Below, one piece after another: positions 37,251-47,105 of a DNA stretch of 64,000 bases. This stretch comes from an uncultured Akkermansia sp. GTDB taxonomy: Bacteria; Bacteroidota; Bacteroidia; Flavobacteriales_D; Crocinitomicaceae. The notes beneath the pieces were generated by a model. That model saw only the letters and a list, made by a program, of their open reading frames with translations. It searched no databases and had not been told where the DNA came from. Both the position numbers and the translations under genes were made by a program. Position 1 is the first letter of the stretch, and every line of letters begins with the position of its first letter. The DNA is taken from assembly GCA_964526595.1 (NCBI GenBank), contig CAZGJF010000007.1, forward strand, positions 827-64,826, in the 5' to 3' direction.

Positions 37251-39314
37251 ATGCACAGGCTTTTACTTGTATTTTTTGTCGTGATTTCGTGTGTCGGATT
37301 TGGAAAAGCGGAGAATATTGCGCCCATAATAAATATGCCTGATCCTTCGGATTGTGAATTGACATTGCCTGTTATTCAATGTTTGTCCACAGATGAATTT
37401 GGTGTTGTCACTATCACCTGGATCCCTTCTACAGATCCAAATGGTGTTTTTATGGAATATCGAATCTACTCTGTTCAAGATGGTTTATTGGCCACAATTA
37501 CTAATATTTCAATGAGTAGTTTTACGGTTCCAACAGCAGTAACCCAACAAAATGATTATTACATTTCTTTAGTTTATGACTGCAATGGAACTAATATAGT
37601 TCAAAGTGATACAGTTAACAATCTTTTTTTAGATGTAACTAATCCTTCGGATGGAACCGCAAATCTTCAATGGAATACTCCAATCGAAAGTCCTGTTTCC
37701 ACTATGTCAACTTATTATCATATTTTCAGAGAATTTCCGGCAGGAAATTGGCAGTTGATTGATAGTGTACCCTATAGTGTTCAATTCTATAAGGATACGA
37801 TTGATATTTGTGATGCTTTTTTGAGGTATCAGGTTGTTTTAGAAAATGGTTCATGTAGTTATACATCTAATCATGATGGAGATAATTTTCAAGATATGTT
37901 GACACCGGATATCCCTCACATTCAAAAGGTAAGTATCGATACTTCGAGTAATAAAGTTGTCATTTCTTGGAATCAAAACTATCAGTCCGACACCTATGGC
38001 TATGTGATTTATACATACGATGCCAATGGTTTTTTGTTTGAATTGGATACGCTTTGGGGAATAAATAATACCACATACCTCCACAATACAGATATCAGTC
38101 AGGGTCCTCTTTCATACTCTGTTGCTGCATTCGACTCCTGTCTTACAGAGTCCACTCCTGTTACGTTCCAAACTTCAGCAAAAGCAACAATTAATACATC
38201 CGTATACTTAGAGAGTGAACTGCAAATATGTAACAATTTAGTTTCATTAAATTGGTCGAACTATGTTGGTTGGGATAGTGTGCTATATTATGAAATCTGG
38301 TCTCAGAAGGATCATTCTATATGGCAAAGACTTGACTCAACAAATGGTTTGAGTTTTTCAACTTCGGTTGAAAGTTTGAAAGATTATTGCTTTTTCGTGA
38401 AAGCAATCTCGTTAACAGGTACACAAGCATTTTCAAATCAATCATGTCTTTCTGTGATTGCTCCCACGCCTGCATCTTTTCATTATTTACAATTAGCAAC
38501 GGTAAACGAAAAGCAGGTAGATCTCAAACATTTGGTGGATGCATCGGGTGGGGTAAGGTCGATTTCCTTCGAACGGATGGGAAAAGATGGTACTTTCGAA
38601 GAAATAGCTCAGATTCCCGTCATTTCAAATGAAGTTTTATATACAGATACAGACGTTGAAGTTGACAAACACTCATATCGTTATAGAACTCGTATAGTTG
38701 ATAGTTGTGGGCAATATGGGGTAGTTTCTAATACGGCTCAAACAATACTTTTAAATCACCAAAAAGATGAAATTGAGCAAGTTGTTTATTTGAACTGGAA
38801 TTCATATGAACAATTCAATGGTGGTGTGTTGGGATTTCTGATTTATCGGATTATTGATGATGGTTTCCCTGAGTTAGTGGCGACTTTACCGGGTGAACAA
38901 TTGTCTTATCAGGATGATTTGGCAGAATTAACCTTTCAAGGAAGTGCCTGTTATTTCATTGAGGCAGTGGAGGGTGATAATATTTACAATGCACCACAAA
39001 GTAGCCTATCTAATCGTGTCTGTGAGACGTTTCGACCAATTATTTACGTTCCTAATGCTTTCATGCCGGAGGGGACAAATAATCATTTTTTACCGGTTTT
39101 ATCAATTATTGATCCACAAGATTATCGATTGACTATTTATGACCGAATTGGTCAAATAGTTTTTGAGACGGATAATCCTTCGATCGGATGGGATGGCACT
39201 ATCGGTACAACCGGAATAAAGGCTTCTGCAGCTGCCTATATTTATCGCTTACAGATACATGATGGGGATGGTGTTGAAATTGTCAGACGTGGGCATGTTA
39301 CGTTAATTCGCTGA
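37251..39314 (+). CDS. T9SS surface protein with FN3/Ig-like repeats and a type-B CTD
   Basis: Signal peptide MHRLLLVFFVVISCVGFG from the ATG at 37251 (the ORF-track start at 37236 is TTG). The C-terminus is VPNAFMPEGTNNHFLPV...YRLTIYDRIGQIVFET..PSIGWDGT...AAYIYRLQI...GHVTLIR. Confidence 0.8.
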   Translation: MHRLLLVFFVVISCVGFGKAENIAPIINMPDPSDCELTLPVIQCLSTDEFGVVTITWIPSTDPNGVFMEYRIYSVQDGLLATITNISMSSFTVPTAVTQQNDYYISLVYDCNGTNIVQSDTVNNLFLDVTNPSDGTANLQWNTPIESPVSTMSTYYHIFREFPAGNWQLIDSVPYSVQFYKDTIDICDAFLRYQVVLENGSCSYTSNHDGDNFQDMLTPDIPHIQKVSIDTSSNKVVISWNQNYQSDTYGYVIYTYDANGFLFELDTLWGINNTTYLHNTDISQGPLSYSVAAFDSCLTESTPVTFQTSAKATINTSVYLESELQICNNLVSLNWSNYVGWDSVLYYEIWSQKDHSIWQRLDSTNGLSFSTSVESLKDYCFFVKAISLTGTQAFSNQSCLSVIAPTPASFHYLQLATVNEKQVDLKHLVDASGGVRSISFERMGKDGTFEEIAQIPVISNEVLYTDTDVEVDKHSYRYRTRIVDSCGQYGVVSNTAQTILLNHQKDEIEQVVYLNWNSYEQFNGGVLGFLIYRIIDDGFPELVATLPGEQLSYQDDLAELTFQGSACYFIEAVEGDNIYNAPQSSLSNRVCETFRPIIYVPNAFMPEGTNNHFLPVLSIIDPQDYRLTIYDRIGQIVFETDNPSIGWDGTIGTTGIKASAAAYIYRLQIHDGDGVEIVRRGHVTLIR

Positions 39315-39336
39315 GCAATTCATTTTAACTACCTTT

Positions 39337-40314
39337 GTGTTAGTGAATCGAATTTTGATTATTCAAACTGCATTTTTGGGTGATGTGATTTTAGCAACAC
39401 CATTGATTTCTGAATTAAAGAGAATTTATCCGGAGGCTTTCATAGATGTATTAGTGAAAAAAGGAAATGAGTCCTTGTTATTTAATCACCCGGCAGTCAG
39501 TACTATTTTGACTTTTGACAAGCGAAATCCGAAAATTATATCACTTTGGAAATCAATTCGAAATATGCGAAAAAATCGTTATGATTTGGTAGTTAATGTG
39601 AATCGTTTTGCGAGTTCAGGTATTTTGACTTTATTTTCCGGAGCCGCTAAAAAGTATGGATTCCAAAAAAATCCGTTTTCTTTTACTTTTAACAAAAAGT
39701 TTCCCCATCAGATTGGAGACGGGACTTATGAGGTAAGCCGTAATTTGAATTTGATCGCTGAATTTGGAGCTTTAAAAACAGTTCGTCCCCAATTGTTTCC
39801 AACAGAAAAAGATCATCAGTTGGTTAGCAAATTTATTTCAGACATCTTTTTTTGTTTTGCTCCGGCCAGTGTTTGGTTTACCAAACAACTGCCGAAGGAA
39901 AAATGGGCAGCTTTGATCAAGAAAAAAGCCCAAACTGCTCAGGTTTTTTTGATAGGGGGGATTGATGATTTCGAACTTTGTAAAGATATTATTAGTTTGT
40001 CCGGCGTTTCCAATGCTATTAATTTAGCAGGAAAACTAACGATTTTAGAATCAGCGGCCCTAATGCAAAGAGCATTAAGAAATTACGTTAACGATTCAGG
40101 ACCACTTCATGTGGCATCTGCTATGAATGCTCCTGTTACTGCATTTTTTTGTTCGACAATTCCTGCTTTTGGGTTTGGTCCTTTATCAGATGATTCGGTT
40201 GTTGTTGAAACTGATTTGTCTTTAGATTGTCGCCCTTGCGGACTGCACGGTCATTCAGCTTGCCCGAAAATTCATTTTAATTGTGGTAATAGCATTGATG
40301 TCAACGGATTGTAA
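39337..40314 (+). CDS. Glycosyltransferase family 9 (heptosyltransferase-like)
   Basis: The N-terminus RILIIQTAFLGDVILATPLISELKR and C-terminal NDSGPLHVASAMNAPV are GT9 hallmarks. The start is GTG, with no in-frame ATG nearby. Confidence 0.8.
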   Translation: MLVNRILIIQTAFLGDVILATPLISELKRIYPEAFIDVLVKKGNESLLFNHPAVSTILTFDKRNPKIISLWKSIRNMRKNRYDLVVNVNRFASSGILTLFSGAAKKYGFQKNPFSFTFNKKFPHQIGDGTYEVSRNLNLIAEFGALKTVRPQLFPTEKDHQLVSKFISDIFFCFAPASVWFTKQLPKEKWAALIKKKAQTAQVFLIGGIDDFELCKDIISLSGVSNAINLAGKLTILESAALMQRALRNYVNDSGPLHVASAMNAPVTAFFCSTIPAFGFGPLSDDSVVVETDLSLDCRPCGLHGHSACPKIHFNCGNSIDVNGL

Positions 40315-40795
40315 ACCCCATGACATAATCTTCCATCAGGTAACCATTTCCGATGTCAATATTTTCCTCTTTTATAATAGAAAAGCCGATATGTTGGTAA
40401 AATGACACGGCTTTATTGAAACGATTGACATTCAAAATAATATGCCTTAATCCTTTTTGTTGTGCTAAAAAAAATGCCGTTTCCAATAATTTTGTTCCGA
40501 TTTTCCTTCCTTGTTTATCTGGTAAAACATACAATTTGTGAATTTTTAGTGAATCACTTTGCGGAAAAAACGCTTGTATTCCAATGAAGCCTAGTGGTGT
40601 TTTTTGTTCAAAGCATGCATAAAATTCATGTCCCGAATTCATGTTGTCGCCTAAACTGTCAAGATGATACATCCAGTTTAGCATGTAATCGATTTGTTTC
40701 TTTGAAAGAATGTCATGAAATGTTATAGGCCAAGTTTGGTAGGCAATTTCACGAACGATTATCAACTCTTCAAGATCCAGTTTTTTGATTAACAT
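40301..40795 (-). CDS. GNAT-family N-acetyltransferase
   Basis: The acetyl-CoA-binding motif is LYVLPDKQGRKIGTKLLETA. The ATG at 40795 avoids overlapping the upstream S8 gene, whereas the ORF-track TTG at 40816 overlaps it. Confidence 0.8.
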   Translation of the reverse strand: MLIKKLDLEELIIVREIAYQTWPITFHDILSKKQIDYMLNWMYHLDSLGDNMNSGHEFYACFEQKTPLGFIGIQAFFPQSDSLKIHKLYVLPDKQGRKIGTKLLETAFFLAQQKGLRHIILNVNRFNKAVSFYQHIGFSIIKEENIDIGNGYLMEDYVMGFTIR

Positions 40796-40802
40796 GGAAA
40801 AT

Positions 40803-42968
40803 TTACTGCTTAACAAAAACCTGTTGTTGAATATGTCCGTTAACTTCAGCTCTGATCCAGTAAGTTCCTGATTTGAGGTCGCTAACTTGGATGCGAGAAT
40901 CTTTGAGTTGTTTCGTAATCACTTTTCCCATACCATCAATGATTTGAACACTAGATGGAAGCTCGTCAATCAAGGTGAAATGTAATTCATTTGAAACAGG
41001 ATTGGGATAAACAGACCAAGGAATCACTTGATCATTTTCTTCCAATCCAATTGTATTTAAAGCTAATTTAACTGCTAAATAAGCATTTAGTTTTCCCCAA
41101 CCCCATTGAGTACTTCCGTTTTCAGGTATTACACCGGTCTTGTTGTCTTCTCGAGCTGATTGAATAATGATGTCTTTGACTTGCTGTGATGATAAGTAGG
41201 GATTTGCTTCCAAGATCAGTGCAGCCACACCGGTTACCATTGGTGCAGCCATAGATGTTCCTGAAAAACGTGCAAACGGATAGGATCTTCCATTGAAATC
41301 TACAGATGTGAGTGTCGTGAAATCATTGTCTGTATATGATGATATTGATGATGCTACAGAAACTCCCGGTGCCGAAATGTCAGGCTTTAGTACTTCATCA
41401 TATCGTGGTCCTATACTTGAAAACGTTGCTATGTTTCCTCCACCTTGAGTACCGTTTAATGTAAGAAATCCACTTGTGTATGCAGCAACACTGATAACAC
41501 TATTTGTGCAAGAAGGTTCGCTGATACCATATAAATTATCACCGATGGTACTGCCTGAACCAAAAAATGAAAATGGCATACCCCAATTTCCAACATCATT
41601 TGATAATTCTGTCACATTCCAAAAGTGAACAATGCCTTCTGTGGCGGTAGATTTTAAAATAACTCTTAGTCCGACATTTGTACATTTGACACGTAAGCGC
41701 ATCTGAGGTCTTCCGTTTTGTGGGTGAGCATTGTCCGCTGAAATGTTATACCAAATAGTATCAGTTTCAATGACCAAGAAGGTGTCAATGTACTGATTCG
41801 TTGTGGAAGTCGAGTAAAAAGGACTTTCTTTTAATATGATTCCTGTGGGATCACAGATATTGATTCCTGCCGCAAAAGAATTACCTTGTTCCCCCCATGC
41901 ATGAATACTCTGACCCCACATATTTGCATTTGCAGAGTAGTTATAAAATTCAATTCGAGACCGTAAGGTATCATTGTCAAAAGTCTTTTTGATATGAAAA
42001 TTGACATCACCATTATTTCCTCCTGAATTCGAAAAAACCACTCCTAAAGCCGAATAAGAATCGATCGCCTGACTAAGTAATGAATTCCCATCTAAAGTTC
42101 CAAAATGATAGAGTCCCCAACTCATATTGACGACTAATCTTCTGGATTCTGCCTGTGCTTTTTGGTACATCCATTCCCATGCATCTAACACTGCTCCTTC
42201 GTCAACCAGAAATGTGACCAATAAGAAATTGGCATCAAACGCTATTCCTCTATAAATCGTTCCGGCACCACTTCCTCCTGCAATTCCCGCTACATGTGAT
42301 CCATGAGTGGCATAACTGTAAATATTGGCTGTATCTGCTCCGGCAGTATGTAAATCTTGAGCATTTAGATATTCAGTTCCATAAGAGAATCCATCCGGCG
42401 AAGGGCCACTTGTTTTGAATTGATCCCATGCAGCAAAAATTCGGGTATTTTGCAATAAGGTGTCATAAAACATTGGTGAAGAATAGTCAAAGCCCCAGTC
42501 TGTGATTCCGATGAAAACGTTTTTACCTGTATATCCTTGTGGTAGGCCGATGCCGGCGTGGACACTATCAGCTCGAATATCCTTCACTGCTCGATCCAGC
42601 TGAGGTTTTATTTTTCCTGCGAGTTGAATTGAACGAATGCCGGGAAGTGAGTGTACATTGTTTAATTGCTCAATTGGCACCTTTAAAGTGATGATTTCAT
42701 TGATTTGACCACCGATTATTATTCCAAGATCAGATAATAATTGATTAGAGAAAGTAGGCCCTTTAGTAGCCAATAATGATATGTAGTAAGCGTTGTTTAA
42801 CTTATGAATGGCAAATCGGGATTGAATATCTTCAGATGGTTTTCCCTTGTTGATTGATATATCATTGATGATTATAGATAAATCAGCCTTTGTGTTTGCA
42901 GGTATGATAACTTGTGCCATAAACAAACGGAGGCAAAAAAATGAGAGTAATGTTAGTTGTATTTTCAT
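40803..42968 (-). CDS. S8 (subtilisin) family serine peptidase with a type-A T9SS CTD
   Basis: The triad contexts are GITDWGFD (Asp), THGSHVAGIAGG (His) and SGTSMAAPMVTGVAALI (Ser). The CTD is WSVYPNPVSNELHFTL...SGTYWIRAEVNG...VFVKQ. Confidence 0.9.
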   Translation of the reverse strand: MKIQLTLLSFFCLRLFMAQVIIPANTKADLSIIINDISINKGKPSEDIQSRFAIHKLNNAYYISLLATKGPTFSNQLLSDLGIIIGGQINEIITLKVPIEQLNNVHSLPGIRSIQLAGKIKPQLDRAVKDIRADSVHAGIGLPQGYTGKNVFIGITDWGFDYSSPMFYDTLLQNTRIFAAWDQFKTSGPSPDGFSYGTEYLNAQDLHTAGADTANIYSYATHGSHVAGIAGGSGAGTIYRGIAFDANFLLVTFLVDEGAVLDAWEWMYQKAQAESRRLVVNMSWGLYHFGTLDGNSLLSQAIDSYSALGVVFSNSGGNNGDVNFHIKKTFDNDTLRSRIEFYNYSANANMWGQSIHAWGEQGNSFAAGINICDPTGIILKESPFYSTSTTNQYIDTFLVIETDTIWYNISADNAHPQNGRPQMRLRVKCTNVGLRVILKSTATEGIVHFWNVTELSNDVGNWGMPFSFFGSGSTIGDNLYGISEPSCTNSVISVAAYTSGFLTLNGTQGGGNIATFSSIGPRYDEVLKPDISAPGVSVASSISSYTDNDFTTLTSVDFNGRSYPFARFSGTSMAAPMVTGVAALILEANPYLSSQQVKDIIIQSAREDNKTGVIPENGSTQWGWGKLNAYLAVKLALNTIGLEENDQVIPWSVYPNPVSNELHFTLIDELPSSVQIIDGMGKVITKQLKDSRIQVSDLKSGTYWIRAEVNGHIQQQVFVKQ

Positions 42969-43237
42969 ATTGATGATGTAGCTAAAGGTAACGAAAAATT
43001 AAACAAAACTAAAAATCAACCCAAAAATACAGCCAAAATGAGAATGGTAGTTTTCGATACTTGTTTTTTTTGAACATTGAAATATTAAACAAAATATGGA
43101 TGCTGTTTATAGTCTAAATACCTAATAATCATTAAGATTTATTGAACACAATTCATAATTTGATTTTTGGGGACATTAATAAAAATCTCTGATCCGTTTT
43201 CCTACTTTGATTATGTCTCTATTTGTATAGGAAATCG

Positions 43238-43245
43238 TAATTTTG
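43238..43245 (+). promoter_or_regulatory. Candidate Bacteroidetes -7 box (TAnnTTTG) for gldF
   Basis: TAATTTTG lies about 20 nt upstream of the ATG at 43266, which supports the shorter gldF start. Confidence 0.4.
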
Positions 43246-43265
43246 CAACTAAACATAGTTTATTC

Positions 43266-44009
43266 ATGACAGCGCTTTATTTCAAAGAAATAAAAAGTTT
43301 TCTCAGTTCAATTATTGGGTATATTTTCATTTTAATTTATCTGACTGCCTCCGGTTTGTTACATTGGTTGATGCCCAACAACAAGTATTTATATGTTAAT
43401 CTGTTGGAAGGAAGTGAGTCCACTTTAATTCCCTTTTTTACGATATCACCTTTTATTTTTATGGTACTGATTCCTGCGATAACCATGCGTATGATTGCAG
43501 AGGAACGAAGATCAGGAACCATAGAGTTATTGTTTACCCGACCTATTTCTGACTTAAATATTGTACTTGCAAAATATTTCGCAGGTGTCACACTGGTTTT
43601 TATCTCCTTGATTCCAACTTTGATATATTATCTTTCAATGCATTTTCTCGGAAATCCGGTTGGAATCATTGATGATGGGGCCACAGTAACTTCCTATCTT
43701 GGTTTGCAGTTTCTGGGTGCAGTATTTGTTGCAATTGGAGTTTTTGCATCATCTTTGACTAATAATCAGATTGTTGCCTTTATTGTCGGCGTTTTCCTTT
43801 GTTTCATTTTTTATTCCGGATTTTCATTACTAGGATCCTATGTTTTGCTTGGCAAAGCAGATTCAGCTGTTCAATACCTCAGTCTAGTTTTTCATTACGA
43901 TTCCATCATGAAAGGAGTTATTGTCACCAGTGATTTGGTGTTTTTTATTTCTGCTATCGTTGTTTTTATTGTAGCCGCTTTGACGGTAATCAAAACGTTA
44001 AAAAAATAA
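43266..44009 (+). CDS. gldF: Gliding motility-associated ABC transporter permease GldF
   Basis: ABC-2-type permease of about 247 aa (MTALYFKEIKSFLSSIIGYIFI...ERRSGTIELLFTRPIS) lying directly upstream of a GldG-like gene. Confidence 0.75.
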   Translation: MTALYFKEIKSFLSSIIGYIFILIYLTASGLLHWLMPNNKYLYVNLLEGSESTLIPFFTISPFIFMVLIPAITMRMIAEERRSGTIELLFTRPISDLNIVLAKYFAGVTLVFISLIPTLIYYLSMHFLGNPVGIIDDGATVTSYLGLQFLGAVFVAIGVFASSLTNNQIVAFIVGVFLCFIFYSGFSLLGSYVLLGKADSAVQYLSLVFHYDSIMKGVIVTSDLVFFISAIVVFIVAALTVIKTLKK

Positions 44010-44012
44010 GCT

Positions 44013-45800
44013 ATGGCTACTTCAAAAAAAATATCATCAGGTCTTTTCAATTGGAGCTTTTTAACCATACTTGTCGTTGGCCTATTACTGGTAAATGTCA
44101 TTAGTTCTTTGCTTTACAAACGAATTGATATGACGGAAGATCAACGCTATTCGTTAAATCAGGGTTCTGTCAGTTTTTTGAGTAATCCGACCAATTTTAA
44201 AAATAGGTTGAGTATCAAAATTTATTTTGAAGGTAATTTGCCATCCGAGTTAAAACAATTACGAAATGCTATTGAGGACAAACTGAAAGAGTTTAAACAA
44301 TATGCAGGTGATCGGATAGAATATCAATTTATTGACCCAAATATCGGGACTGAAGGAGAAAAACAGGCACTTTTTGAATCATTATATGCCAGAGGAAAAG
44401 GAATAATACCAATGGATTTGGTCTTCATGAAAGATGGGGGCCAACAACAAGTATTACTTTGGCCGGGTGCGGTAATAGATTATGGGGGAGCGACTGTTCA
44501 AAGCATTCAGTTTTTGCCGGGTACTTCACCCGGAAAGCCATATAGTTTGGATGGGATGACTGAAATCATTGAGAACTCAATGAACAATCTTGAGTATATT
44601 TTGATGAGTTCAATTCGTCGGACAACCCAAAAAGACAAACCCAGAATCGCATTTTTACAAGGGCATGGGGAGCTTTCCTTCGCCGAAACACAGCGATCTA
44701 GAGCCTTAATTGCCCCCTATTTTTCAATTGCAGACATTACTATTAACGAATCTATTGCAGCACTTGATGATGTTGATGGTTTAATCATTGCAAGACCCCG
44801 GCAAGCATTTTCAAACCGAGACTTATATGTCATTGATCAGTTTGTGATGAGGGGAGGAAGATTGATGTGTTTTTTGGATGCACTTGTGCTCAATGAAGAT
44901 ACGCTCAACAAAAATGGAATGACTCATACCATGCGTAATGAAACAGGTTTGGAGCGCATGCTTTTTGACTATGGGCTCAAGTTAAATGAAAATTATGTCA
45001 TTGATGTACATTGTGCCCCCAAGCCTGTTCCGTTTGCAAAACAATCGTTGATACCTTGGTATTTTCATGTACTTGCAAGCCCAACTAAACATCCTATTTC
45101 ACGTAATTTGGAGCCCGTATCACTGAAATATGTCAGTGAAGTTCAGTTTGTAGGTGAAAGTCAAAATCAAATAGCTTTAACTCCCGTTTTAACATCTTCA
45201 ACCAATTCAAATGTTACAGGTTTAGCGCCAATGGTTAGTTTGGGAATGCCTTTGAGTTTTGGTAAAAATCCAGAATTGGTTGCAAATCCTGATGCTGAAA
45301 TCAACAAACATTGTTTGGCCGGTTTATCTGAAGGATTTTTTCAATCACACTTTAAAAATAGAATAGTGGATGAGTTTGCCAAAAACCCCATTATAAAGTA
45401 CAAGGATAAAAGCATCAAGGAGGGGAAAGTACTATTGGTTGGTAATGGCAGATTTATCGCAAATTCTTATGACTCTTTCCCTAAACGAAATGGTCAGAGC
45501 TTTGACTATATTCCCAAATCTTTTAACGATTTAAGAATGGATCCTGAAATAGCACAACTTGGAATCCCTTTGTATTTCGGTAATCAGGAATTTTTTCAGA
45601 ATTTGGCCGATTATATGATGGGCGATAACTCAGTATTAGATATTCGAAGCAAGCAAATAGATATTCATGCCTTAGATAAAGAGAAAGTACAGGCAGATTC
45701 TACCTTTTACAAACTTGTAAATATTTTCTTGCCAATTTTACTTGTTTTGTTATTGGCCTTAGTAATGACCTATTTGAGAAAACGAAAATATGCAAATTAG
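44013..45800 (+). CDS. gldG: Gliding-associated ABC transporter accessory protein GldG
   Basis: It has an N- and a C-terminal TM helix flanking a large periplasmic domain (TEDQRYSLNQGS...; IAFLQGHGE...). The size and the position after gldF match GldG. Confidence 0.75.
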   Translation: MATSKKISSGLFNWSFLTILVVGLLLVNVISSLLYKRIDMTEDQRYSLNQGSVSFLSNPTNFKNRLSIKIYFEGNLPSELKQLRNAIEDKLKEFKQYAGDRIEYQFIDPNIGTEGEKQALFESLYARGKGIIPMDLVFMKDGGQQQVLLWPGAVIDYGGATVQSIQFLPGTSPGKPYSLDGMTEIIENSMNNLEYILMSSIRRTTQKDKPRIAFLQGHGELSFAETQRSRALIAPYFSIADITINESIAALDDVDGLIIARPRQAFSNRDLYVIDQFVMRGGRLMCFLDALVLNEDTLNKNGMTHTMRNETGLERMLFDYGLKLNENYVIDVHCAPKPVPFAKQSLIPWYFHVLASPTKHPISRNLEPVSLKYVSEVQFVGESQNQIALTPVLTSSTNSNVTGLAPMVSLGMPLSFGKNPELVANPDAEINKHCLAGLSEGFFQSHFKNRIVDEFAKNPIIKYKDKSIKEGKVLLVGNGRFIANSYDSFPKRNGQSFDYIPKSFNDLRMDPEIAQLGIPLYFGNQEFFQNLADYMMGDNSVLDIRSKQIDIHALDKEKVQADSTFYKLVNIFLPILLVLLLALVMTYLRKRKYAN

Positions 45801-45803
45801 TAA

Positions 45804-46859
45804 ATGAAAAAACTTTTCATCATTAGTACCCTTCTGATCGTTATCGCGATATTGGGATTCTTTACCAAACAGCTGTTTGAACAAAAGGGCAAATCCGATA
45901 CTGAATTAATTGATTTTGCAATAGCAGATACAAGTTCAGTTGACAGAATTATCATTGCTGATGCTTTTTCTAACACAATGGAGTTGATCCGTAAGGATAA
46001 ACGTTGGGTTGCAGCAGACGGTTCTTGTGTCACACTAGAAAACGTTCAGTTTATCTTGGATGCATTTAAAAATATCGAGTTTAAGGGTTATTTATCAGAT
46101 AATTCACAGGAACACTTTACAAGAATCATGTCATCCCAACACGTCAAAGTGTCGATTTATCAGAATGGTGATTGGACCAAAACATGGTATATAGGTCCTG
46201 CTTCGCAAGATCATTACGGTCAGATCATGTTGTTAGATTCAAAAGAATACGGGAAAAGCAGTTTGCCTGTGATGATGAAAATAAAGGGACTTAATGGAAT
46301 CATAGAACCTCGTTTTTTTGCAGATCAGCGAAAATGGCGTTGTACACAAATTTTTGCTTTGCCGATTGAGCGAATTGCTAACGTTCATGTTCAATTTTTG
46401 GACGATCCTACACTCAGTTTTACAGTAAGTAAAAAAGGTAATTTCATGCAGGTATATCAACAAGATAGGAAGTTGAAAAATGTTCCTCCATCAATGATAT
46501 TCAGGTATTTACAAAATTTCAAAAAAATTCACTTTAATTTGGTCAATTTTGAATTAAACGACAGACAAGTTGACAGCTTGAAGCGGTCAATGCCATTTGC
46601 CAAAATGACCGATCGGGAAACCAATGGTTTTATTACAAAGCTTCGTATGTTCAGAATCAAATCACAAGAAAATCAAACCAATGAATTTGGTGAGATCGTC
46701 AATATGGATATGAATTTATTTTGGTGTGAATTGCCAAGCGGTGAATTGGTAAAATGTCAATATTATGTCTTTAATCCTTTACTGATGGGGCATGTCTATT
46801 TTCCAATGGATTTGACAAAAAGAAAAACTGGTAATCAGACAGAAAATAATCGAAAGTAG
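45804..46859 (+). CDS. DUF4340-like protein (commonly follows gldG-type genes)
   Basis: N-terminal TM anchor MKKLFIISTLLIVIAILGFF. The size and position are typical. The family call is by synteny and memory only. Confidence 0.5.
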   Translation: MKKLFIISTLLIVIAILGFFTKQLFEQKGKSDTELIDFAIADTSSVDRIIIADAFSNTMELIRKDKRWVAADGSCVTLENVQFILDAFKNIEFKGYLSDNSQEHFTRIMSSQHVKVSIYQNGDWTKTWYIGPASQDHYGQIMLLDSKEYGKSSLPVMMKIKGLNGIIEPRFFADQRKWRCTQIFALPIERIANVHVQFLDDPTLSFTVSKKGNFMQVYQQDRKLKNVPPSMIFRYLQNFKKIHFNLVNFELNDRQVDSLKRSMPFAKMTDRETNGFITKLRMFRIKSQENQTNEFGEIVNMDMNLFWCELPSGELVKCQYYVFNPLLMGHVYFPMDLTKRKTGNQTENNRK

Positions 46860-47105
46860 GTAAAGACTAATCAAGGATGTTTTCCCACCTTGAAAAGTTA
46901 ACTTTAGTAGTTGATATTCAATTGTTACTTAACAATAAGTTGAGTGTTCTGAAGTTAATCATCGACATTTATTCGTAAGCTACTTGTGGCATTGAAAGTG
47001 TTAATTAGTCCCTTTATTTGTTGAAAAATAATATAACAATCAGATAACATGTCAGTAGTAATTAGCTAATTTTAGGTTTCCAAATTAATAATACATTTAG
47101 GCCGA

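Noticed and set aside
46860-47105. A possible oriC/DnaA-box cluster upstream of dnaN, including the palindrome ATTGTTAcTTAACAAT at 46921-46936
   Set aside because: dnaA is not adjacent, and I found no TTATCCACA-like boxes or an AT-rich 13-mer array by eye. The palindrome alone is insufficient. A DnaA-box PWM scan and a GC-skew plot would settle it.
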